Part shown: positions 45,079 to 52,628 of the stretch, piece after piece
How the letters are laid out: each line of letters opens with the position of its first letter
How positions within the stretch are numbered: position 1 is the stretch's first letter
NCBI GenBank assembly: GCA_965207995.1
Contig: OZ242299.1
Coordinates: forward strand, 1,059,533-1,123,532
Length of the DNA stretch: 64,000 nt
Direction: 5' to 3'
Source of the DNA: Dehalococcoidia bacterium
GTDB lineage: Bacteria > Chloroflexota > Dehalococcoidia > SHYB01
Made by a program: the position numbers and the translations under genes
Notes under the pieces: model-generated
What the model was told of the DNA's origin: nothing
The model's input: only the letters and a program-made list of their open reading frames with translations
Databases searched by the model: none

Positions 45079-45978
45079 TCAGGAGCTCAACCTCAGGAAA
45101 CGGTCGGCATTCGAACCCAGTAGCCCGTCGACCTCCGCCTCGTCGAAGTCGACGCCGTACTCGGCGCCGAGCGCCGGCAGGTCCCGGAACATCTCCACCG
45201 TCTCCTTTAGCGACAGCATCGGCCGGAAGACCGGGAAGTCTGTGCCGAATAGCAGGCGCTGCATCCCGACGGTGTCCCGCATCTTCCCTAGGGCGCGGAG
45301 CGAGACCTCAGGGTTGTCCCGTATCCTGAGCTGCCACGCCGAAAGGTCCATGACAACGTTCGGTCGGCCGTAGAACACCGTCAGCGCCTCTTGCCACCAG
45401 TCTCCGGCGGCGTGGGCGATGATGATGCCCATGTTGGGGAAGTCGGTCGCCACCTCGTCGAAGTCGATGGGGCGCGTGTACCGGCTGTACAGGTGGGGAT
45501 ACGAGCAGGGCCCCGCGTGAAAGAGGACCGGCACGTCGAAGGCCGCGCACAGCTCGTAGATCGCGTAGCACGTGCGCTCGTGGGGCAAATACCCCACCGA
45601 CGGATGCAGCTTGATGCCCCGGACGTTCCACTCCTTGATGGCCTTTTCAAAGAGGTCGGCGGCCCCGGGACGGCGGGGATCGATCCCATAGAACGGAACG
45701 ATCCTTTCCGGGAACAGCTCGTGGGCGTTGACGATGAGCCGGTTCTCCTCATTGATGGGGAACGGCGGGTCCCCCAACCGCGCGGCGAAGTCGGCCACGA
45801 ACATCACCGTCTTGTCGACGCCGGCCTCGTCCATCTCCTCCACGATCTCGCGCGTCGTCTGCTCCCAATCGAAGTCGGGCCGCTCCGCCTTCGCGCGGCC
45901 GGCTATATCCATGCCGCTGAAGGTATCGTAGTGCCGCTCCAGTACGGACCACATGTGGCGGTGAACGTCGACGATCAT
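45079..45978 (-). CDS. amidohydrolase_2 / TIM-barrel metal-dependent hydrolase
   Basis: MIVDVHRHMW (HxH motif)...IKLHPSVGY...VLFHAG...GTDFP. Confidence 0.8.
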   Translation of the reverse strand: MIVDVHRHMWSVLERHYDTFSGMDIAGRAKAERPDFDWEQTTREIVEEMDEAGVDKTVMFVADFAARLGDPPFPINEENRLIVNAHELFPERIVPFYGIDPRRPGAADLFEKAIKEWNVRGIKLHPSVGYLPHERTCYAIYELCAAFDVPVLFHAGPCSYPHLYSRYTRPIDFDEVATDFPNMGIIIAHAAGDWWQEALTVFYGRPNVVMDLSAWQLRIRDNPEVSLRALGKMRDTVGMQRLLFGTDFPVFRPMLSLKETVEMFRDLPALGAEYGVDFDEAEVDGLLGSNADRFLRLSS

Positions 45979-46060
45979 CAGGTGTGCTCCGGAGTGTCAA
46001 GGGTGGAAGCGGCCCTATTCTGCCCCGAACCCGGAAGGGCGGCAAGTTGACGGGCGCGGC

Positions 46061-46400
46061 GGCGGCGCCTTAAGCCTCTCCCCCTCTGGGGGAGATTTGA
46101 GAGAGGGCACGCGCCAGCAGAGCGCGTCGGAGGCGGGGCAGGGAGGTCTTACCTCTTCTCCCGTGGGGGAGACCCTTGCAAATCCGCGCTGGCTACAGGG
46201 GATCTTCCACGGAGGGCCGACCCTTGTGGTCGCCCTCCCCTGTAGGGGCGATTCACGAATCGCCCACCCTACCCGGACGGCCTCGTGGACCTTGGCCGAG
46301 GCTACGCAAAGGTCTCCTCCGGGAGAAGATCGAGATGAGGGGCGCCCCTTAAACCTCCCTCCCCCGGGAGGGACTGAGGGCGGGCAGTCCGATCGCGCCA
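46061..46400. repeat. cluster of REP-like GC-rich palindromes
   Basis: Hairpins tctccccc-tct-gggggaga (46077-46095), tctccc..gggaga (46157-46172), ggagggccgacc-cttgt-ggtcgccctcc (46211-46240), ggcgattc-ac-gaatcgcc (~46247-46265) and tccctc-ccccgg-gaggga (46356-46373). Elements at 46061-46110 and 46338-46385 are related (gcgcc..ttaa.cctc.c.cccc). Confidence 0.7.
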
Positions 46401-46408
46401 CCGCCCGC

Positions 46409-46437
46409 TTGACACACCCTCCACACGCGGCCATAAT
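46409..46437 (+). promoter_or_regulatory. near-consensus sigma70 promoter TTGACA-N17-CATAAT with no ORF downstream
   Basis: ttgaca (46409-46414), a 17-nt spacer counted base by base, and cataat (46432-46437). It points toward the 3' end of the convergent MMPL gene. Confidence 0.5.
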
Positions 46438-46460
46438 CGTATCAGAACTTACGTTCTTGG

Positions 46461-46640
46461 GCGGGATGCCATAGCGACACCCTACGGACGCGTGGGAGCT
46501 GGGCGCTACGGCTCCGGCGGGCGGCGGGATCGGCCATTGCCCTGCGGACGCGCAGGAGACAGGGCCATTGCTGTGGCGGGCGGCGGGAGCGGCCCAATGC
46601 CCTGTGGACGCGCGGGAGACAAGGCCGTTCCCGTCGCGGG
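46461..46640. repeat. three tandem ~60-bp repeats
   Basis: Conserved core CCCTRYGGACGCGYRGGAG at 46480, 46540 and 46600, an exact 60-bp period. Units 2 and 3 are nearly identical (gcgggcggcggga.cggcc.a.tgccctg.ggacgcgc.ggagaca.ggcc.tt). Confidence 0.8.
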
Positions 46641-46715
46641 TTGTGCAAGGGTCTCGTGGGGAGAAGATTGAGATGGGGGCCCCCAGGCAGCCCCCAATCG
46701 GCGAGCAAACCTCAG

Positions 46716-48938
46716 TTACGAAGGAACCCCAATGCGGGAAGGCCACCAGTTCCACCGGCCGAACATCGACACCAGGGCCGGCACGATCAGCGTGCGTGTG
46801 ATGAACGTGTCGATCAGCACGCCGGCGGCAACGCCGAACCCGAGCTGCACCAAGTCCTGAAGCGGCAGGGTCGTCAGCGCCGAGAACGTGCCGGCGAGGA
46901 TGATGCCCGCCGACGTGATCACCGGGCCGGTGCGCGCCAGTGCATGGCGGGTCGCCTCCTCCAACGGGGCTTCCCGGGCCTCCTCGCGGATCCGGGACAT
47001 CAGATAGATGTTGTAGTCCACGCTCAGCGCGTTGAGGAACACGAACAGGAAGAACGGCACCGCCGGCCCAATGCCGGCATGACCCGCCAAGAAGACGAAC
47101 ACCCCGACGACAAGGCCGAGCGTGGCGAAGTAGGTGAACGCGATCGTAGCCATCAGATACAGCGGCGCGATCAGCGAGCGCAGCAGCAGGGCCAGCACCA
47201 CGCCGATGGCCAACAGGATGAGCGGGAGCACCACGAGCGAGTCGCGGTTGCCCGCGGTGCGGGTGTCGTAGGCCTCCGCGGTGTCCCCGCCGAGGAGCAC
47301 GCTTCCCGGAGGCAGGCCCACAGCCGCGGCGCGCTCCCGGACGAGGCTGCGCAGCTCGGGTACCGCGTCGAGCGCCTCCCGCGAGAAGGGGTTCGCCTCG
47401 AGTACGACGTCGATGCGCGCCGCGCCGCCATCGTCGGAGACGAACCGCCGCGCATTTGCCTCCGGCAGTTGCGAGGCGGGCGGCCCCGCGATACCGAGCG
47501 GTCGGCTCGGTCCGGACGCGTCGGCGACGCCCGGATGCTCGACCAGCCCCCACGTGATGGAGTCCAACTGCTCAAGCCCGCCGGCGTCGAGCGCATCGGC
47601 GCCCGGAGGCAGTGAGACATACAGCTGCGTTGGCGAGATCTCGCCCGCCGGGAAGCCGCTGCGCAACAGCTCGAAGCTGCGAACGGATTCCGTGTTGCTC
47701 GGCAGGCTCGCAAGCTGGTCGTAGTTGGCGCGGAACGGGACCAGGCCCGCCACCAGGACGCCGAGGCCCAGAACCGTCACCGCCAGCGTCACGACCGGCC
47801 GCCGCAGCACCGCCGCGCCGATCCTGCCGTAGGTGCTGCGCCGCCAGTCGACCTGCGGCGCAGCCGCCGTCTCCAACCGAGGCTGCATGGGCCAAAAGGC
47901 CCGCCGTCCGAAGATGGTCAGCACCGCGGGGATGAGTGTGAGCGCCGCCAGCATCATCACCGCCACGGCGATGGCGATGACCGGCCCGAGCGCCTGGTAG
48001 GAACCCAGCGTCGCCAGCCCGAGCGCGGCGCTCGCGACCAGGATCGTCGCCCCTGCCGACCCCACCGCGCCGCCGACGCCGCGCAGCGTGCGCCGCATCG
48101 CCTCGTGGCGGTCGTCATGCCGGGTCAGCTCTTCGCGAAAGCGCGCCGAGACGAACAGCACGTAGTCGGTCCCCGTGCCGAACAGCACCACGGTCATGAT
48201 GCCGATCGTCTGACCGGAAACGGGCAGATCGAACACCTGGGCCGACCAACCCCCCAAGGCGCTCGCGATCTGAAAGACGAGCCCCACACCCAGCAACGGG
48301 ACCGCCGCCATGATCGGCGAGCGGTAGATGATGATCAGCAGCACCAGCACCAGCAGCACGGTCACCAGCAGCAGCAGCGAATTGATCTGCGAGAACACGC
48401 CGATTAGGTCGACGAGCAGCCCGCCCGGACCGCCGACGGCTACCTCGGCGCCCGCCAAGTCATGAGCCGCCGAGCGGTCGCGGATCGCCTCCACCGTGTC
48501 GGCGAAGGGTTGCTCGCCCGGCTCCCCGGCAACCTCCACGAAGACGTACATCGTGGTGCCGTCGGCAGAGACCAGGCCGGACGGCTGACCCCCGGCCGGG
48601 TCGGGAGCCCGCACCTGGACCACGTTGTCCGGCGCCTCGGGGCTCGACAGCCAAGCCCCGAGGTCGGCCGCCGCCGCGTACGCCGGAGGCCCCAGACCCC
48701 CCGGTTCGCGAAAGACAACCAAGACCGGCGTCCCCGCCGACGAGAAGCGCTCCCGCCCAAGCTCGAACGCCCGCGTCGCCTCGGCGTCCTCCGGCAGGAA
48801 GAGCGCCTGCTCGTTCTCGCTGGCCTCTCCGAGTCCGGGAAGCTGCGAGATCAATAGCCCGGCCACGACGATCCACGCGACAAGGGTTACCCACTTGCCG
48901 CGTGGACTGGATACGAAGTCGGTGAGACGACCTAGCAC
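46716..48938 (-). CDS. MMPL-family (RND superfamily) membrane transporter
   Basis: 740 aa with two blocks of TM helices separated by soluble loops. N-terminus MLGRLTDFVSSPRGKWVTLVAWIVVAGLLISQLP and ...TGTDYVLFVSARFREEL / ...LSVDYNIYLMSRIREE motifs are typical of MmpL proteins. Confidence 0.85.
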   Translation of the reverse strand: MLGRLTDFVSSPRGKWVTLVAWIVVAGLLISQLPGLGEASENEQALFLPEDAEATRAFELGRERFSSAGTPVLVVFREPGGLGPPAYAAAADLGAWLSSPEAPDNVVQVRAPDPAGGQPSGLVSADGTTMYVFVEVAGEPGEQPFADTVEAIRDRSAAHDLAGAEVAVGGPGGLLVDLIGVFSQINSLLLLVTVLLVLVLLIIIYRSPIMAAVPLLGVGLVFQIASALGGWSAQVFDLPVSGQTIGIMTVVLFGTGTDYVLFVSARFREELTRHDDRHEAMRRTLRGVGGAVGSAGATILVASAALGLATLGSYQALGPVIAIAVAVMMLAALTLIPAVLTIFGRRAFWPMQPRLETAAAPQVDWRRSTYGRIGAAVLRRPVVTLAVTVLGLGVLVAGLVPFRANYDQLASLPSNTESVRSFELLRSGFPAGEISPTQLYVSLPPGADALDAGGLEQLDSITWGLVEHPGVADASGPSRPLGIAGPPASQLPEANARRFVSDDGGAARIDVVLEANPFSREALDAVPELRSLVRERAAAVGLPPGSVLLGGDTAEAYDTRTAGNRDSLVVLPLILLAIGVVLALLLRSLIAPLYLMATIAFTYFATLGLVVGVFVFLAGHAGIGPAVPFFLFVFLNALSVDYNIYLMSRIREEAREAPLEEATRHALARTGPVITSAGIILAGTFSALTTLPLQDLVQLGFGVAAGVLIDTFITRTLIVPALVSMFGRWNWWPSRIGVPS

Positions 48939-48994
48939 TGAGGAATTCCTTCTGGGGCTAGTCCAAGCCGTTGGAGTCTACACGCTCGATGAAA

Positions 48995-50836
48995 CTAGGA
49001 CTCCTCCGGCGGGATGAGCACCGAGTCGATCACGTGGATCGTCCCATTCGCCGCCTCGATGTCCGTGATCAGCACCCGCGCCTCGTTCAGCAGCACCGTG
49101 TCGCCCTCGACCGTGATGTTCACCGCATCTCCCTGCACCGTCGTCACGGAGTCCAGCGTCACCACGTCCGCCGCCTTCGCGTTCCCCGCCACCACGTGGT
49201 ACAGCAGGACTTCAGTAAGGGCGGGAATGTCGCCCAGCAGCGCCTCCACCGTCCCCTCCGGCAGCGCCGCGAACGCCTCGTCCGTGGGCGCGAACACCGT
49301 GAACGGCCCCTCGCCCTGCAGCGTCTCGACCAAGTTGGCCGCCTGCAGCGCCGCCACGAGCGTCTCGAACCGACCGTCGCCCACCGCGACATCTACGATG
49401 GTGCCAAAGTCTTCCGGCGGAATGAGCACCGAGTCGATCACGTGGATCGTCCCGTTCGCCGCCTCGATGTCCGTGATCAGCACCCGCGCATCGTTCAGCC
49501 GTACCGTCTCGCCCTCGACCGTGATGTTCACCGCATCTCCCTGCACCGTGGTCACGGAGTCAAGCGTCACCACGTCCGCCGCCTTCGCGTCCCCCGCCAC
49601 CACGTGGTACAGCAGGATGTCAGTGAGGGCGGGGATGTCGCCCAACAGCGCCTCCACCGTCCCCTCCGGCAGCGCCGCGAACGCGTCGTCGGTCGGCGCG
49701 AACACCGTGAACGGCCCTTCGCCCTGCAGCGTCTCGACCAAGCCGGCCGCCTGCAGCGCCGCCACCAGCGTCTCGAATCGACCATCACCCACGGCAATGT
49801 CTACGATGGTGCCGAGGTCTTCGGGCGGGATGAGCACCGAGTCGATCACGTGGATCGTCCCATTCGCCGCCTCGATGTCCGTGATCACCACCCGCGCCTC
49901 GTTCAGCAGCACCGTGTCGCCCTCGACCGTGATATTCACCGCATCTCCCTGCACCGTGGTCACCGAGTCAAGCGTTACCACGTCCGCCGCCTTCGCGTTC
50001 CCCGCTACCACGTGGTACAGCAGGATCTCAGTAAGCGCGGGGATGTCGCCCAACAGCGCCTCGACCGTCCCCTCCGGCAGCGCCGCGAACGCCTCGTCCG
50101 TCGGCGCGAAGACCGTAAACGGTCCTTCGCCCTGCAGCGTCTCCACCAGTCCGGCCGCCTGCAAAGCTGCGACCAGCGTCTCGAACCGGCCGTCGCCCAC
50201 GGCGATATCCACGATGGTGCCAAAGTCTTCCGGCGGAATGAGCACCGAGTCGATCACGTGGATCGTCCCGTTCGCCGCCTCGATGTCCGCGATCACCACC
50301 CGCGCCTCGTTCAGCAGCACCGTGTCGCCCTCGACCGTGATCGTAACCGCGTCTCCCTGCACCGTGATCACGGAGTCCAGCGTCACCACGTCCGCCGCCT
50401 TCGCGTTCCCCGCCACCACGTGGTACAGCAGGATGTCCGTCAGCGCGGGGATGTCGCCCAACAGCGCCTCCACCGTTCCCTCCGGCAGCGCCGCGAACGC
50501 GTCGTCCGTGGGCGCGAACACCGTGAACGGTCCCTCGCCCTGCAGCGTCTCGGCCAAGCCGGCCGCCTGCAACGCAGCCACCAGCGTCTCGAACCGCTCG
50601 TCGCCCACCGCGATATCCACGATCGTCCCAGGCTCCGGCTCCGGCGTTGCCGTAGGCACGGGTGTTGCCGTGGGCGCCGGTGTTGCCGTGGGCGGCAGCG
50701 GCGTTGGATCGCTGCTACCGCAGGCAGCCACACCAATGGCAAGCAGGCCTGCCGCGACGAGCCCCACCAGCCACCGGCGAACGCTCGGCCCCCGCTCTAA
50801 GGCAGCTCCAAATCGATCGGTCCTGTTCCTGAACAT
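48995..50836 (-). CDS. lipoprotein with four tandem fasciclin (FAS1) domains
   Basis: Start [10 protein letters not shown] at 50836. Signal/lipobox [14 protein letters not shown] and a PT tether, then 4 x 136 aa with [14 protein letters not shown]...[17 protein letters not shown]1 motifs. Confidence 0.88.
   Translation of the reverse strand: MFRNRTDRFGAALERGPSVRRWLVGLVAAGLLAIGVAACGSSDPTPLPPTATPAPTATPVPTATPEPEPGTIVDIAVGDERFETLVAALQAAGLAETLQGEGPFTVFAPTDDAFAALPEGTVEALLGDIPALTDILLYHVVAGNAKAADVVTLDSVITVQGDAVTITVEGDTVLLNEARVVIADIEAANGTIHVIDSVLIPPEDFGTIVDIAVGDGRFETLVAALQAAGLVETLQGEGPFTVFAPTDEAFAALPEGTVEALLGDIPALTEILLYHVVAGNAKAADVVTLDSVTTVQGDAVNITVEGDTVLLNEARVVITDIEAANGTIHVIDSVLIPPEDLGTIVDIAVGDGRFETLVAALQAAGLVETLQGEGPFTVFAPTDDAFAALPEGTVEALLGDIPALTDILLYHVVAGDAKAADVVTLDSVTTVQGDAVNITVEGETVRLNDARVLITDIEAANGTIHVIDSVLIPPEDFGTIVDVAVGDGRFETLVAALQAANLVETLQGEGPFTVFAPTDEAFAALPEGTVEALLGDIPALTEVLLYHVVAGNAKAADVVTLDSVTTVQGDAVNITVEGDTVLLNEARVLITDIEAANGTIHVIDSVLIPPEES
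48998..50629 (-). repeat. 4 x 408-bp near-identical tandem coding repeat (one FAS1 domain each)
   Basis: The landmark atgagcaccgagtcgatcacgtgg recurs at 49014, 49422, 49830 and 50238, an exact 408-bp period. Units differ at only a few percent of positions by eye. Confidence 0.9.
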
Positions 50837-50869
50837 GTCACCCCTCCGATCCGCCCTTGGTTCAGATTG

Positions 50870-50894
50870 CCGACTATCCTCATCGATAGGTCGG
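50870..50894. promoter_or_regulatory. imperfect inverted repeat, candidate operator
   Basis: CCGACTATC-ctcatc-GATAGGTCGG (9 of 10 arm positions pair, with one bulge), 34-58 nt upstream of the fasciclin start. Confidence 0.35.
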
Positions 50895-50917
50895 TATAGG
50901 CGGTATATAGTCCGCAT

Positions 50918-50947
50918 AGTATATGAGTATATGCAACATACCGTCAA
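50918..50947 (-). promoter_or_regulatory. candidate promoter TTGACG-N18-TATACT for the fasciclin-MMPL operon
   Basis: Reverse strand reads ttgacg (50947-50942), an 18-nt spacer and tatact (50923-50918). It lies in an AT-rich island with four GTATA(T) copies. Confidence 0.35.
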
Positions 50948-50977
50948 CCCTGCCGGTGGGCCGACTTCCTAGGCGAG

Positions 50978-51904
50978 ATGAATATAATCTACAAACCTGC
51001 TATATTCCCTCCCATGGACCAGGGCTTGGAACAAAGCGCTCAGACGGCACTGCTTAAGGACAGATACGAGCAGGCCTTGATGGCCGGTGACGGCGACGAG
51101 GCCCGCAGGATCGTCGCCGACGCCCTCGACCGGGGGACCGACCCCCCGACCATCTACTTCGGCATCTTTGCGCCCGCGCTGGTCGCGATAGGGCACGCCT
51201 GGCGAAGGGGACAGCTGACCATCGCGGCGGAGCACCACGCCACCAGCATCACCCTCCAGCAAATCGCCCACGTCGGAGAGGTCTGGCGCCTCAACCGCAA
51301 GAAGGACATCGGCGCGAGCGTGGTCGTCGCGGCCGTGGAAGGCGAAATGCACGCGGTCGGTGTGAGGATGATCGCCGACCTCTTCGACATGGACGGCTGG
51401 CACGTCTCCGACCTGGGGCAGAACAACCCCACGGATGATCTCGTCGACCTCGTCGGCGAACGCAAGCCCGATCTGGTGATCCTGTCGCTCTCCCAGCCCG
51501 ACCTCATCCCCGTGGCGGCGAGGGCTGCGGCGACGCTCACGGCCCTCGAGCATAGGCCCGCCGTCTTCGTTGGCGGTCCCGGCCTCTCCCAAGAGCCGCA
51601 GGCAGGCCAAGTCGCAGCCGACTTGGTCTCCTCATCCCCCTTCGAGGCACTGCGCGTGGGGAGGCAGCTCGCCGGCATCGACAAAGAGCACTTAACGCTG
51701 GAGGACCACCTCAGCGCGCTGGGACATCGCATCCTCGCCTTGCGCAGGCAGCGCGGATGGAGCCAGCAGGAGCTCGCGCTCCGGGCCGGGCTCGACCGCA
51801 CCTACCTCAGCGCCGTCGAGAAGGGCAAGCAGAACATCACGATCGGAGCGGCGCTGAAGATTGCGGATGCGCTGGGTGCCTCGCTCTCCGACCTGATCGA
51901 TTGA
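50978..51904 (+). CDS. cobalamin-binding (CarH/LitR-like sensor module) protein with C-terminal XRE-family HTH
   Basis: HAWRRGQLTIAAEHHAT (W-x9-E-H), VEGEMHAVG (ExHxxG), then ~41 aa to ILSLS and ~26 aa to VGGPG. C-terminal LRRQRGWSQQELALRAGLDRTYLSAVEKGKQNITIGAALKIADALG. ATG 51014 is an alternative start, since TATAAT lies at 50983-50988. Confidence 0.8.
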   Translation: MNIIYKPAIFPPMDQGLEQSAQTALLKDRYEQALMAGDGDEARRIVADALDRGTDPPTIYFGIFAPALVAIGHAWRRGQLTIAAEHHATSITLQQIAHVGEVWRLNRKKDIGASVVVAAVEGEMHAVGVRMIADLFDMDGWHVSDLGQNNPTDDLVDLVGERKPDLVILSLSQPDLIPVAARAAATLTALEHRPAVFVGGPGLSQEPQAGQVAADLVSSSPFEALRVGRQLAGIDKEHLTLEDHLSALGHRILALRRQRGWSQQELALRAGLDRTYLSAVEKGKQNITIGAALKIADALGASLSDLID

Positions 51905-51968
51905 CGCCGGCGCCGACAGCACCCCCCGCTGGGCGCCGCCGCGCGACGACGGGAGGAGGGAGGGAGCC

Positions 51969-52045
51969 TGGTACCCCTGGCGCGACTCGAACGCGCGACA
52001 CACGGTTTAGGAAACCGTTGCTCTATCCACCTGAGCTACAGGGGC
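51969..52045 (-). tRNA. tRNA-Arg (anticodon CCT)
   Basis: Reverse complement GCCCCTG-TA-GCTC-AGGTGGATA-GAGC-A-ACGGT-TTCCTAA-ACCGT-GTGTC-GCGCG-TTCGAGT-CGCGC-CAGGGGT-A-CCA folds as a 77-nt cloverleaf. CCA is encoded. Positions 1:72 form a G:U pair. Confidence 0.9.
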
Positions 52046-52086
52046 ACGCGCGGATATAGTCGATTCTACCACCGGAGCGGCGGCGG

Positions 52087-52617
52087 CTACTTCCGGGGCT
52101 CTATCCCCCGCTCCTTCATCATGTTCTTGATGAAGGGAAGCAGGCCGCCCGCCTCCATGATCTGCATCGGCGGGCTCCCCTCGGGCCACGCCTCGGCCTG
52201 CAAGACCGTGCCCTTGGTCAGGTTCTTCGTCTCCCCGGTCAGCAGACTTACCTCGCCCTCGTCGCCTTCGTCGAAGGCCTCGGAGACGCCGGGGCACCAC
52301 AGCGTCGGCATCCCGATGTTCACCGAGCTGCGCAGGAAGATGCGCGACGTCGACTCCGCCAGTACCGCCGCGATGCCGTTGAGCTGCAGCATGAGCGCGC
52401 CGTTCCGGCTCGAGCCGCAGCCGAAGTTCCGCCCCGCCACGATGAGGTCGCCCGGCTGCACCTCGTCGACCCAGCCCGGCCGGTTGGTGGAGAAGCAGTA
52501 CGGGGCGGCGTCCTCGTCGCTCAGCTTCCTCGCCAAGACGATGTGCCCCGGCATCATGAGGTCCGTGGCGACGTTGTCGCCGAACTTCCATACCCTGCCT
52601 TTGAAGATCGTCTGCAT
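52087..52617 (-). CDS. aconitase-family dehydratase small subunit (LeuD/HacB-like)
   Basis: Start MQTIFKGRVWKFGDNVATDLMMPG at 52617 inside a longer track ORF. GRNFGCGSSRNGA motif. Confidence 0.85.
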   Translation of the reverse strand: MQTIFKGRVWKFGDNVATDLMMPGHIVLARKLSDEDAAPYCFSTNRPGWVDEVQPGDLIVAGRNFGCGSSRNGALMLQLNGIAAVLAESTSRIFLRSSVNIGMPTLWCPGVSEAFDEGDEGEVSLLTGETKNLTKGTVLQAEAWPEGSPPMQIMEAGGLLPFIKNMMKERGIEPRK

Positions 52618-52628
52618 CGAGGGCGCCC

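Noticed and set aside
46461-46640. Possible CRISPR array (regularly spaced repeats)
   Set aside because: There are only three units, and almost the entire 60-bp unit is conserved between copies, so there are no unique spacers. No cas genes are in the window.
46015-47553. 512-aa minus-strand ORF spanning the repeat region and the 3' part of the MMPL gene, plus the small ORFs 46097..46474 and 46568..46801
   Set aside because: The long ORF is out of frame with the well-supported MMPL CDS. The portions in the intergenic region translate REP palindromes and the 60-bp repeats (..SPGGDL.., ..CRGDSRIAHP..). None has an RBS or a domain signal.
51969-52045. tRNA-Arg as the attachment site of a genomic island
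   Set aside because: There is no integrase, no direct repeat of the tRNA 3' end and no mobility gene on either side. The flanking genes are ordinary metabolic or regulatory genes.
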